From assembly GCA_028826165.1 (NCBI GenBank), contig JAPDFW010000063.1, positions 558,001-622,000 on the forward strand: a stretch of 64,000 nt of DNA, written 5' to 3'. Shown here piece by piece: positions 25,895 to 38,900 of the stretch. Position 1 is the first letter of the stretch. Every line of letters begins with the position of its first letter. Both the position numbers and the translations under genes were made by a program. The notes under the pieces were generated by a model. That model saw nothing but the letters and a program-made list of their open reading frames with translations. It ran no database searches and was not told the DNA's origin. Origin of the DNA: Anaeramoeba ignava BMAN (Eukaryota > Protista > Anaeramoebae).

Positions 25895-26420
25895 CTTTTT
25901 TTTTTTTTGAATTTTTTTCCCAAATTTAATAAAAACAAATTCCACAAAACAATTTAATTTTTTTCCTTTTTTCTTTTGATTAAATTTAATAAAAACAAAT
26001 TCCACAAAACAATTTAATTTTTTTTCCTTTTATTCATTTTTTTTCCTTTTTTCTTTTGATTAAATTTAATAAAAACAAATTCCACAAAAGAATTAATTTT
26101 TTTCCTTTTTTCTTTTGATCAAATTATAAAAACAAATTCCACAAAACAATTTAATTTTTTTCCTTTTTTCTTTTGATTAAATTTAATAAAAACAAATTCC
26201 ACAAAACAATTTAATTTTTTTTCCTTTTATTCATTTTTTTTCCTTTTTTCTTTTGATTAAATTTAATAAAAACAAATTCCACAAAAGAATTAATTTTTTT
26301 CCTTTTTTCTTTTGATCAAATTATAAAAACAAATTCCACAAAACAATTTAATTTTTTTTCTTTTTTTTCATTTTTCATTTTTCTTTTGATTAAAATTTAA
26401 TAAAACAAATTCCAAAAAAA
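25895..26420. repeat. Tandem repeat of 57-80-bp units (core AAACAAATTCCACAAAA) with a 197-bp higher-order duplication; resumes after the retroelement at 30930-31045
   Basis: TCCA anchors at 25941, 26001, 26081, 26138, 26198, 26278, 26335 and 26411 (60/80/57 pattern twice), and again at ~31026. Confidence 0.9.
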
Positions 26421-26424
26421 TTAA

Positions 26425-29400
26425 AACCATATAAAATAGTGAGAGGATACTTGAGAAGGAATAAGGATAGTACCGATGGACACTTTAAAGTAATTCACGA
26501 TAAGAAAGCAAGAAAAGAACAAAGAAGAACATGGAGAGAAGGTTATTCAATTACAGTATCTAAAGCAAGAGAGAGTTACACTTCAAAAGAAAATCAACTT
26601 GAGAAATTAAAAGAAAAAATAACGGATCGAAATCAACGGTCACATAAAGAAAATATAGAAAAAATAATTTATCAAACATTGAATTCAAATAACTTTATTA
26701 AGAATCCATTAATAATTAAGAAGAAAGAAATTGAAAATACTCAATCTAATCAAGAGAAACATGAAAATATTTTAAATGAGATCAAAGAAACAATACAAAA
26801 AGCAATTCCTCAAATGAAATCAAAGAGAATAATTCAAAAAGATTTACAAGAATTTATAAATAAAAGCGTTAATTATTCTTATTTAAAAACTTATAAACAA
26901 CATAATCCATATAGTTATCAGAGAACTCACAATTTACAACAAGAAATTTCAGATTCTCTGATTCAACACAATTGGGAAATTGATACAAATTTAAGAAAAA
27001 CAATTAATTATCGAAATTCAAAATATTATATGGAAACAAATTTTAACAAGATACTACAAATTTTAGATTCATATAAATTAATTATCAGAAAATCATTTCT
27101 TAATATATTTGAAATTCTTAACATCATTAACAATTTTCACCCACTGAGAATCATTCAAAAAGGGAATCATCAAGCTGAGATATGGGATCGAAAAAATAAC
27201 ATATTAAATCTTTTTCGAGATTGTAAAAATGAAAGAAATAGAATACCAAGAAATTTCAAAATTCAATTAAAAACAACAGAAGGAAACAAAATTGAAACAA
27301 TAAAAGGAACTAAATTAACAAAAATAAATCAATTCTCATTCAGAATAGCATCTATAAATATCAATGGACTAAATAAAATAGGAAAGATCCAAAAACTAGA
27401 AAAAATATTCCTCCAACAAAGAATAACAATTGCTATTATACAAGAAACTCACTTGAGAAAAAGATTATATTTTGAAAATTATCATTCATTTGAGAAACAA
27501 GGATATGGAACAACAGCACAAGGAGGAATAGCAATAATCATCAAAAAATGTATATCAAAATATGCTCAAGAAATAAAACATCCAGATAAGGATATTATAC
27601 AAATTAAAATAGGAGAATTAAATATTATTGGAGTCTATATGAGACATGGAACACAATCTCAAATGATGAATCAATTAAACGATATCATTGAAAAATTAGG
27701 AGAGGAAAGATATATAATAGCAGGAGATTTTAATCAAACAGACAAAGAAATGGAAAAACATTTCAGATTTAATACTCAAATAATACATAATACTGAGAAT
27801 AGTGCAATAAGAAATATTGATCATTTCTGCGTCAAAAATCAAAATAGAGAAATTTTATCACAAACAGTAAATATTAATCAAGAAGAAAATCTCTCAGATC
27901 ATAAAATGATAGTTACAATTGAGAAAATCAATATATTGAGTGAAGAGAGAAAAGAATATTACCAACCGACAAAACAACAATTCCAAGATATGATAATAGA
28001 AAAATTAAGAAAACAAAATTTATCTGAGAAACCAATGCTCAACATTTCAATAATTAAAAATGTAAAAGAAAATTTCAAAAAAAGAAGTATCATCCATATA
28101 AATACAAAAAATAAGATAGGAATTAACTTAACAGAATTTAACTCAAAAAATAAATATAATTGGAAACAAGCTCTAAGGAAAAGGTGGAGAGAAACCATGA
28201 GAGGGATAGAAATAGATAACCAAAGTAAAACAAATTATTGGACAGAAGTAAAAAGGATAACAAAAGCTAGAAAAGATATTATATTTAATAATAATGAAAA
28301 AGAAAAAGAATTTAAACAACTTATAGATAAAATTAAAATTCCAGTTCAAGAATCAATACTTCAAGAAATAGAAAATAAAATAATAAATATAGAACCTGAT
28401 ATAAGATCAATCAAACAAATATTTCCCCATGATAAATTAATAAAAACAATTCAAAACTCAAGAAATAGTTCTACTTGTGATTATGATAAAATCGAAATGT
28501 ATCAAAATCCTTATATTGAAAGAGAACATCCAAAATATTATGAATTTATCAAATCAGTAAACAGAATGATGAGAGAATGGATAAGAGATCCCAACCAAGA
28601 AGTAATAAAATATATGCTTTCAAGAAGAATGGTGTTCATCTTTAAACAAGGGGATCCTAACCAAATCTCTAATTATCGCCCAATATCTATAAATAATGCT
28701 TTAGTGAGAATATTTTTGAAAAGAATACTTGAAGAAATTGAACCAATATGGGAATACATTTCGTATCAACAAATGGGTTTTAGAAAAATGATGGATACAA
28801 GAATAGCAGTCTTAGAGTTACAAAAGAAATTGAAAGAAATAAAAGAACCATATATAATAAGTATAGACATTCAAAAATGTTTTGATACTATTGATCATGG
28901 ATTAATTAGAAAAGTTATTAATAAATTCATCAGCAATAATAATATTAAAAAACTATTAAATGAATATTATAAGGGAAATGGATGTGGTATCTATCAAGGA
29001 GATCCATTATCACCTTTAATATTTGGAATGGTCAGTCACTTTATAATTGAGGAAATAAAACTAAGGGTTGATCATATACAAATGTATGCTGATGATATGA
29101 TACTATTAGTAAAAAATTCTTATAATAAAGTCATAACTAAAGTTCAATCAATATTACAAATTCTTGAAAATTATGGATTAAGACCTAATAAAAATAAAAC
29201 TATAATAACAAAACAAAAAAGAAATGTTAAATATCTTGGGATTATACTTGATGCAAAGAAACATATAGAAAATAATATAGAAAAATGTGAAAAAACTTTT
29301 CAAAAATTGAGATTTATAATACAATCCAACCAAATTTCTAATCACTTGAAAATTATAATTTATAAAATGACGATTCTTCCACAACTATATTATGGCACAG

Positions 29401-30431
29401 AGGCATTAATACTCAGAAAGAAACAATATCAAAAAATGGATTTAATGGTGAACAAACACATGAAATTAATTTTAAAAATAAACTTTCATTCACCTACGCT
29501 TACCTTTCGAAATGAAACGAATACTCCCAGTTCCAGAACACAAATAAATGTGCGTAGGTGGAAAATAAGAGAAAAATTAGATAAAATTGAAAAATCAGAA
29601 CTTAAAGAATTATGTCCAATCTTCACAAATGAAAGAGAGAGAAATGATAAAATATGGGGAAATCAAAGCTTGAAAATCATCCAAAAATATTTATTTTTAG
29701 CAAGGCACCAAGAAATGAGTATCAATTCAGGATGGAAAACAATAGCCTATTCAGAAATTACTAAATTAGAACCTAAAAAACCAAAAATAAAAACATATTT
29801 AAAATATCAAAAAAGTACTATATTAATGAAATTAAGAATATTCACAAATGGACTTAAATCATATAGCCACCACATGAGAAATAGTGATGTGAAATGTCCA
29901 TGTTGTGGAGAAGAAGAAGAAACATTGGATCATTTTCTTTGGAAATGTCCAATGTATCAAGAGATAAGAAATAAATGGTTGAAATCAATACATCCAATAA
30001 AACAAACAATTAAATTAATGAAAGAAATTAGCAGAAAGGGAATATATGACAAAACTATAGAATATATTCAAAAAGCTTTTGAGATTAGATCAGAAATGAT
30101 AATGGATGAGAATATAATTGAGATAGATGATGAGAATATTGAAAATGAAGAAAGAAATCAAAATGAAAATCAACAACAAAGTGACATGAATAATGAGAAT
30201 AATGAGAATAATAATGAGAATAATAATGAAATTAATAATGAAATTAATAATGAAATTAATAATGAAAACAATAATGAGAATAAAAATGAAAATGATAATG
30301 AGATTAATAATGAAATTAATAATGAAAACAATAATGAAAATGACAATGAGAATAAAAACAAACCCAAAAAGGTAAGTAACAAATCAAAAAAGAAGAAATC
30401 AAATCAAAAAGAAATGAAGATCAAAAAAAAG

Positions 30432-30496
<65 letters not shown>

Positions 30497-30931
30497 AAAA
30501 GAAAAAGAAAAAGAAAGAGAAAAAGAAAAAGAACAAAAAAAGAGAAACCAATGAAAAAGAGAAAAAAACAAAGATAATAAAGAGTAATAACAGAAGAAGA
30601 AATCTAAGAAAAAATCCAGAGAAAACTTGGAAATATCAATTATCGAAAATATCTGAATCAGATTCAGAATCAGAAACAAAGTCATGGGAAAAAGAATCGG
30701 AATATGATACAGATTATGCTCCAGATTCTTCTTCCTTGGAAAGCTCAATAGAGAGCGACTAAATATAGTCAAAAAAATGAGATGTTCCACTTACTCTTCT
30801 TTTTTTAAAGTTTTTAAATTTTTTTTTATCTTCATTTCTTATTTTTCATTTCAAAAACTATTTACAAAAGAAGCATGCAGGAATCTCACTTGAGATTTCC
30901 TTAATAAAATCAAAATCAAAATCAAAATCAA
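26425..30931 (+). mobile_element. Non-LTR (LINE-type) retrotransposon, APE-RT-zinc knuckle, probably 5'-truncated
   Basis: Interrupts a host tandem repeat. Long intronless ORF; 3' end has a hairpin at 30880-30899, AATAAA at 30903 and an (AAAATC)4 tail. Candidate imperfect target-site duplication AA(A/G)AATTAA at 26416-26424 and 30930-30938. Confidence 0.9.
26439..30554 (+). CDS. Retrotransposon polyprotein: apurinic-like endonuclease, reverse transcriptase and CCHC zinc knuckle
   Basis: APE: SININGL, IQETH, AGDFN, IDH, SDH. RT: NYRPIS, QMGFR, SIDIQKCFDTI, QGDPLSP, MYADD, YLG. Zn: CPCCGEEEETLDHFLWKC. No ATG start. Likely continues in the +1 frame (30541-30762, ...RNLRKNPEKTWKY...SIESD*). Confidence 0.93.
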
Positions 30932-31093
30932 GAATTAATTTTTTTTCCTTTTATTCAACTTTTTTCCTTTTTTCTTTTTTGATCTTATTTTTCAATTTTT
31001 TTTCCTAAATTAAATAAAAGAAAATTCCACAAAACAATTTTTTTCATTTTTTTTCTTTCAAACAAAAACAAAAAACTTTATCCAATTTTTAAA

Positions 31094-33379
31094 ATGCGGA
31101 ATTTGAAAAAATTTATTTCCAGAACAGCTATTTTATTCATTCTTTTTGTTCTTTCACTTTTCATTTCATTATTAAAAAAAGGATTGAATGATTTAAAAAA
31201 AGAAAAAGAAGATGAAAACCTTTCAAATTTATTGTTAAAAGAAGATAAAGATATTAAAAGTATATTTATATATATTTATTGAAAGAAAAAAAAAGGAAAA
31301 TTAAATTTGAATTAAAATTTTAATTTATTTTAATTTAAGAAACTATTGATTTAATGAAGAAATACCCAAAAAATCAAAAAATACACAAAAATGGATGTTT
31401 TGGATTATTTCAAATTTCAAAAACAAATGAAAGTAATTTTTATTTATTTTCCAAAATAAAAATAAAAAGAATTAATTTTAAAAATCTAAAAAAAGAACTA
31501 TTAAATGAAGTATTAAAAGATGAAGGAATAGAAATTATTATTAATTCAATGAATAATTTCCCAAATAATCCAAAAATTCAAGAAAAATCAATTTCAATTT
31601 TAACAAAAATTTCAAAAGATTTAAGTATTTATTTTAATTTAATTTAATTTAATTTAAAATTATTTATCCTTTTTAAAATTTATTAAGAAATTCAAAACAA
31701 AATTAGAGAATTGAAAGGAATTGAAACAATTATTAATATAATGAATTATTTACCTAATTATCAAGAAATTCAAAAAAATGGATTAAGAGCTTTGGCGAAT
31801 ATTGCTTATGAAAATGAAGGTATCATCAAAAAATAATACTTGATTTTTAATAATAATAAATTGATATTTTATCCTTTTTAAAATTTATTAAGAAAATCAA
31901 AATAAAATTACAGAATTGCAAGGAATTGAAACAATTATTAATGCAATGAATAAATTTCCAGAAAATGAAGAAATTCAAGAATTTGGATTAAGAGCTTTGG
32001 CGAATATTGCTTATAAAAATGAAGGTAAAATCCTTTAAATTTATTAAATATTTTTTTTTGAAATTTTTATTTTGAATAAAATCAATCAAAAAAATATTCT
32101 TCAGGCAATAGAAACAAAATTACAGAATTGAAAGGAATTGAACTAATTATTAATCCAATGAATAAATTTCCAGAAAATGAAGAAATTCAAGAATTTGGAT
32201 TAAGATCTTTAGCAAATATTGCTAATTATAGTAAAATCCTTTAAATTCATCAAATATTTTTTTTTTTGGTTGCAAATCTTATTTTGAATAAAATTATTTA
32301 TCCTTTTTAAAATTTATTCAGAAAATCAAAACAAAATTAGAGAATTGAAAGGAATTGAAACAATTATTAATGCAATGAATAAATTTCCAAAAAATGAAGT
32401 GATTCAAGAAAAAGGATGTGGAGCTTTATGGAATATTGCTATTTTCGATAAACGTAAAAACTTAAAATAAATAAAATAATTTGTTTTTTTGAAATTTTTA
32501 TTTTGAATAAAATTAATCAAAAAAAAATATTCTTCAGAAAATCAAAATAAAATTAGAGAATTGCAAGGAATTGAAACAATTATTAATGCAATGAATAAAT
32601 TTCCAAAAAATGAAGAAATTCAAAAAAATGGATGTCGTTTTTTAGCGATGATGGCTTATGATAATACAGGTAAAATAAATCAAATAAATAAAATAATTTG
32701 TTTTTTTGAAATTTTTATTTTGAATAAAATTAATCAAAAAAAAATATTCTTCAGAAAATCAAAACAAAATTAGAGAATTGCAAGGAATTGAAACAATTAT
32801 TAATGCAATGAATAAATTTCCAGAAAATGAAGAAATTCAAAAAAATGGATGTTGGTCTTTATTGAATATTGCTTGTAATACAGGTAAAATAAATCAAAAA
32901 TAAATAAAATAATTTGGTTTTTTGAAATTTTTATTTTGAATAAAATTAATCAAAAAAAAATATTCTTCAGAAAATCAAAACAAAATTACAGAATTGAAAG
33001 GAATTGAAACAATTTTTAATGCAATGAATAAATTTCCAGAAAATGAAGAAATTCAAAAAAATGGATTAGGGGCTTTATGGAGTATTGCTTTGAATGAAGG
33101 TAAAATCAAAATCAAAATCAAAATTGAAATCAAAATTAAAATTAAAATCAAAATTGAAAATCAAAAATCAAAATCAAAAATCAAAATCAAAATCAAAATC
33201 AAAATCAAAATCAAAATCAAAATTTAAAAAAATTAATCTTTTCATTTTTGAAATTAGAAAATCTAAACAAAATGAAAGAATTGAATAGAATTGAATTAAT
33301 TCAAAAAGCAATGGATAAATTTCCAAATAATCGAGATATTCAAAATTGGGGATCAGAACTTTTAACAAAGCTTCAATAA
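31094..33379 (+). CDS. Membrane-anchored armadillo-repeat protein A, 11 exons, one repeat per exon
   Basis: Exons 31094-31259, 31340-31432, 31496-31624, 31688-31819, 31893-32024, 32105-32230, 32322-32453, 32538-32669, 32755-32883, 32971-33099, 33258-33379; all introns phase 1. Repeat ENQNKIRELxGIETIINAMNKFPxNEEIQxxGxxALxNIA. Hydrophobic N-terminus AILFILFVLSLFISLL. Confidence 0.88.
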
Positions 33380-33482
33380 TTTCAATTTTTCAAAAATCAT
33401 TTTTTTCATTTTTTTCTTTTTTCATTTTTTTTCTTTTGAAATAAAAAATAAAAACAAAAACAAAATTGAATCAATTTTTAAA

Positions 33483-35644
33483 ATGAAGAATTTAAAAAAA
33501 TTTATTTTCAAAAAACAAACTTTATTTATTCTTTTTCTTTTAATTCCAATTTTAATTCAATTTAATCCAAAAAAATTATTTGAAAAAGTTAATAATAAAA
33601 AAAATGAAAATTTAAAAAAAGAAATTAAAGAAATTGAAAATCAGTTGAATAATTTAAAAGAAGGAAAAAATTTTAAAAAAGAAATGAAACAAATTGAAAA
33701 AAAAATAAATCATTTACAAAAAGAAATTAAAAAATTAAAAGGAAAAGAAATTGAAGAAATTCGAAATGAATTAAATAAATTAAAAGAAATTTATTATGAA
33801 AAAGCAAAAGAAAAATTAAAAAACAAACAGAAAAAAGAAAAAGAAGATGAAAATGTTTCAAATTTATTGTTAAAAGAAGATAAAGATATTAAAAGTATTT
33901 ATATTTATTTATATATATTTATTGAAAGAAAATTAATTTATTTCAATTTAAGAAATTATTAATTTAATGAAGAAATACCCAAAAAATGAAAAAATACAAG
34001 AAAATGGATGTTTTGGATTATTTCAAATTTCAAAAACAAATGAAAGTAATTTTTATTTATTTTCCCAAAATAAAAATAAAAAGAAATGATTAATTTTAAA
34101 AATCTAAAAAAAGAACTATTAAATGAAGTATTAAAAGATGGAATAATAGAAGTTATTATTAACTCAATGAATAATTTCCCAAATAATCCAAAAATTGAAG
34201 AAAAATCAATTTCAATTTTAACAAAAATTTCAAAAGATTTAAGTATTTATTTTAATTTAATTTAATTTAATTTAAAATTATTTATCCTTTTTAAAATTTA
34301 TTAAGAAAATCAAAATAAAATTAGAAAATTGAATGGAATTGAAACAATTATTAATATAATGAATAAATTTTGGGATAATGAAGAAATTCAAGAAAAAGGA
34401 TGTTGGACTTTATGGAATATTGTGACTTCAAATTTTGGTAAATTGAAACAAAACAAATTTTTTAAATTGATTTTATTCAAAAAATCAAATTTTAAAGAAA
34501 ATAAAGTTAAAATTAGAGAATTAAATGGAATTGAATTAATTATCAAAGCAATGAATAAATTCCCAGATAATGAGAAAATTCAACATGGAGCTTGTGGTGC
34601 TTTAAGACATATTGTTTTTTTCAACAAAGGTTTTTGATTACAAATAAAAAAATTTGTTTTATTCTTGAAATATAAATTGAAATAAATATTAATATAAATT
34701 TAAATAGAGAATAAAATAATAGTTGCAGAATTGAAAGGAATTGAACCAATTATTAAAGCAATGAATAAATTTCCAGATAATTCAGCTATTCAACATTATG
34801 GAATTGGAGCTTTAGCAAATATTGCAAATAATGAAAGTAATTTCAAAAATATCAAAAAAATTCCAAAAAAAAAATATTTATTTAAAAATTTCATTTCAGA
34901 AAATCAAATAGAAATTGCAAATTTGAAAGGAATTGAAATCATTATCAATTCAATGAATAGATTCTCAGAAAATGAAGATATCCAATATGTATCTTGTGGA
35001 GCTTTAATGAATATTGCTTCTAGTAATAAAGGTAAAAAAAATCCAAAAAAAATTATTTGATTTTAAAAAATCCTTTTAAAATTTATAAAGAAAATCGAGT
35101 TAAAATTAGAGAATTAAATGGAATTGAATCAATTATTAAAACAATGAATAAATTTTCAGAAAATCCTGAGATTCAAAATCGAGGAAATGGAGCTTTAAGA
35201 TATTTATCTTTTAATAATGGTAAAATCTTTATAAAATTTAAAAATTAAAATTTAAAAATTAAAACATTTTATTTTAGAAAATAAAGTAGAAATTGGAAAA
35301 TTAAATGGAATTGAAACAATTATTAATTCAATGAAAAATTTTCCAAAAAAACAAAATATTCAAGAAAATGGTATTGGAGTTTTAAAAAACCTTTCTTTAG
35401 ATGAGGGTAATAAATAAATTAATAAATAAATAATATTAATAAAAATAATTGAAAAAAAAAAATATTATTTGATCAAATTGTTTAAATTATGTTTATTTAT
35501 TTATTTGGTTTTTTAAAAATAGAAAATAAAATTAAAATTAAAGAATTGAATGGAATTGAATTAATTCAAGAAACAATAAATAATTGGAAAAAGAATAAAG
35601 AAATACAAAACTGGGGATTAAAGGCTTTACAAATTATTAATTAA
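33483..35644 (+). CDS. Membrane-anchored armadillo-repeat protein B (tandem paralog, with coiled-coil stalk), 10 exons
   Basis: Exons 33483-33894, 33953-34045, 34114-34242, 34306-34437, 34498-34629, 34708-34836, 34900-35031, 35091-35219, 35278-35406, 35523-35644; all introns phase 1. Exons 2-3 are nearly identical to those of paralog A. Confidence 0.88.
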
Positions 35645-35970
35645 ATTTTTTATTCTTTTTCAATTAATAATTAAAAATAAAAGAAAAAGAGGGATAAAAA
35701 TTAACTTTGAATATTTTTTAATTTAAAATGAAGAAAGAAAAGAGATCAAAAAAAAAAAAAAAAAGAAAACAGAAAAATTTTTTTTTTCATTTTTTCTTTA
35801 CTAAAAATAACAGAAAATAAATAATAGAAAATAAAGTTGAATAAGTTTTAATTCTTTTTAAAAAAAGTAATTTAATTATTTTATTTTATTTATTTTTTGT
35901 TTGATTATTTTATTTATTTATATTGGTTATTTGAAAAAAAAAAAAGGAAAAAGATAAAAAGATAAAAAAG

Positions 35971-38900
35971 ATGAACAAAATATTCTTGATTTTATTTTGT
36001 TTGATTGCTTTTCATTTTTCATTTGTTCAAGTTCAAGATATTCCAGTTGAATATTTTGATTTTCCAATTGGTTTTCATTCACCTTTCATTAATTTAGTTG
36101 ATTATGAAGGAGGTTTTGCTTATATTACAAATTTTAGATATAGTTCCAATCCACTTATTTACAAATTTAATTTGAGTACTTTTGAAATTGTTGGTTCAAT
36201 TGTTTTGTCAAGAATTTCCATTTCAAATGGAGTAATTGATACTATTCATGGATTTGCTTATTTTATGGGAATAGATTATAGTCCTTGGAAAATTAAAGTT
36301 GTGAAAATTGATTTGAAAACATTCTCAGTTAATGGTAGTTTCTTGCTTTCAACAGATCGTAATATTATTTCAGCTCAAATTGATCAAGAAAATCAAATTG
36401 GATATTTTGTTTCTGATTATCCCATTTATGCTTTCAAAGTTGATTTGGGAAATATGGTTGAAGAAGCAAAAATAAATCTTTGGAATAATGCAGTTATGGG
36501 TTCAGTACTTGATCTTGAAAACGGTTTTTTTTATGCTTCTACAGATGGGATTTATGGACCAGCTCCAAGATTATTCAAAATTCCAACATCTTCTTTTGAT
36601 ACTTATGAATTGCTTGAATTGGATCCAGAAACAGAAACAAATTTAAATTTTGGAGTGATTGATTATTCTACAAATTTGATGTATTTTGGAACTGATACAA
36701 ATCCTATGACAATTGTGAAAATTGATTTAGATACTTATACAAAGGATAGTTCAGTGAATGTAACAGGTTTTTTTGATGTTGCAGGAATAGGAATGGATAA
36801 AGCAAACAATCTCCTTTATTTCGTAACTCAAAATCCAGCTCTTGTTAAAATGAATTTGGAAACACTTGGAGTTATTGATCATTTAGATCTTGATACAGAT
36901 AGTGCTTATACAGCTTCTTTTAATTTCACAGCTCAAAAAGTTATAATTGGATTGGATTATTCAGAACTTATTGAGGTTGATTTAGTATCATTTACTCAAG
37001 ATAATCAAATTGTTGAAATGGATTTTGCAAACGCAGAAGTGATATTGATTGATGAATTGAATGAGATTGGTTATATTTTATTTAGCAGTTACTATGGATT
37101 AGTTGGTCTAGTTGATCTCCAAACATTTAAAGTTGTTGATCATCTATTTCTTGATAATTGTGATGATGATATTTATATTGCTCAAATTGATTCAAAAAAC
37201 GGATTTGCTTATTTCTTTTTCTCTGATGGTTTTTCTATTATCAAATTGAATCTTCAAACTTGGGAACAACAAAAAGTAGATTTTTTTCCAGATGACTCTG
37301 ATGATTTATATATTTATTCCAGTGCTTTTGATGTGGAAAATCAATTTCTTTATGCAGGATTTTACAACGATTCTACAGAGACTAATTTCATTTTCAAAAT
37401 AAGTACTAATTTGGAAATTGTGGATAATGTCCAGCCAGTTATATCTGATCTTGATATTTGGGGTGTTGATTATTTGACTGTTGATTCTTCAAATGGATAT
37501 TTGTATGGATTGCTTGATGTTGATGATGTTGGTTCAGGATATTTTCTTCAAAAATATGATCCAAGCAGTTTGGGAATACTTGGTTCAACAAATTTAACAG
37601 ATTATGATATAACGACAATTAGTTTTGATCATATTCATCAATATTATTATTTTGGAACTGGAGAACCTTTGATGTTAGACAAAGAAAAATCACTTCCCAA
37701 TGCTTATACAATTCCACGAGATTCAGAATATCCTCAAATTTGCAGAGTGGATGTATCAAGTATGGAACTGATGAATGATTGTGTGGAAGATAATGAAAGT
37801 TATTCTTTGATGGCTTCATTTATTGAACCAAGTTATAGTTACATATTTTTTTTCAGTATTGGTCTCGATGAAGAATGGAATCCAATATCAACATTAGTCC
37901 AAGTTGATACAACAACAAATCAAATTGGAACAATAAATTCATTGAATATTTCATTGTATGAATTTAACTCAGGTTATGATCCTACAACAAATTATGCATA
38001 TGTTTTTGCCGAATATTCTCATCCTGTTCCATTTTACAGATTCCAATTACCTGAAACTGGTCCTGAAGTTGATTTGTTGAATTGTTCTTCTTTATATTCA
38101 AAATTTTCATGTTTTTGGCAACAAAAAGAAAATGATACCTCTCTTGAATTCCAAATCAAATATCAAGATGATTGGGTTGTTATTGAAAATCCAAGTTTTA
38201 TAGAAGGAGAAAATGTTTTTTATCAAGAATTTGAATCTCCAACTTATCCAGAAATTTATGGAAATGTTGAATATTCAATCCAAATCAAAGCTTGCAATTT
38301 AACAACAGAAAAATGTGGCGGAGCATCTTCAAGTATTGATTTAACAACAAGAATTGATTCCTTGAAGAATTTTGATTTGATTGGATTAGCTGAATCAATT
38401 AATGCTTCATGGAACTATCCAAATGTTGAGATTGATGAAGGAATTCCTCAATTTGCTCAATATATGGTTTCTTATTTCAAATTATCAGTTCCACAAATAG
38501 TATTTACACATTCAATCGGAGACACTTCACAAACAACAACTGTATTAAACTTAAGTTTTGGATTTGGCTATAATGTTTCAATGTGGGCTTGTAGAACTTA
38601 TTCATGCCAAGGATATGATAAAGGAGAAGTTGTTTCTGCAATAGCTTATACTGGATTTGGAAAAGTTTCTAATCTTGAATGTGATGTTTCAGATTCAATA
38701 TTAATTAATTGTAGTTGGGATCCTCCTGTTGGTTATTCAATTCCTTCCTATTACAACTTGACTTATCTTTCAGATTCATATGATGATTCAGGAATTTACT
38801 CAATCATCTTCAACAAATCAACTTTTCACAGTGAAAATTCCAAATCAAAACTATCAAATCTTTGTTTCAGCTTGCATTTCAAGTGGAGAATGTGGGAATA

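Noticed and set aside
25895-26420. CRISPR-like array (constant core with variable spacing)
   Set aside because: The intervening sequences are themselves repeated T-rich variants rather than unique spacers; no cas genes; eukaryotic context.
26439-35644. Diversity-generating retroelement (RT next to hypervariable repeats)
   Set aside because: The RT is LINE-type with an APE domain, no invariant template repeat is present, and variation in the ARM exons is not confined to adenine positions. The adjacency looks like a chance insertion.
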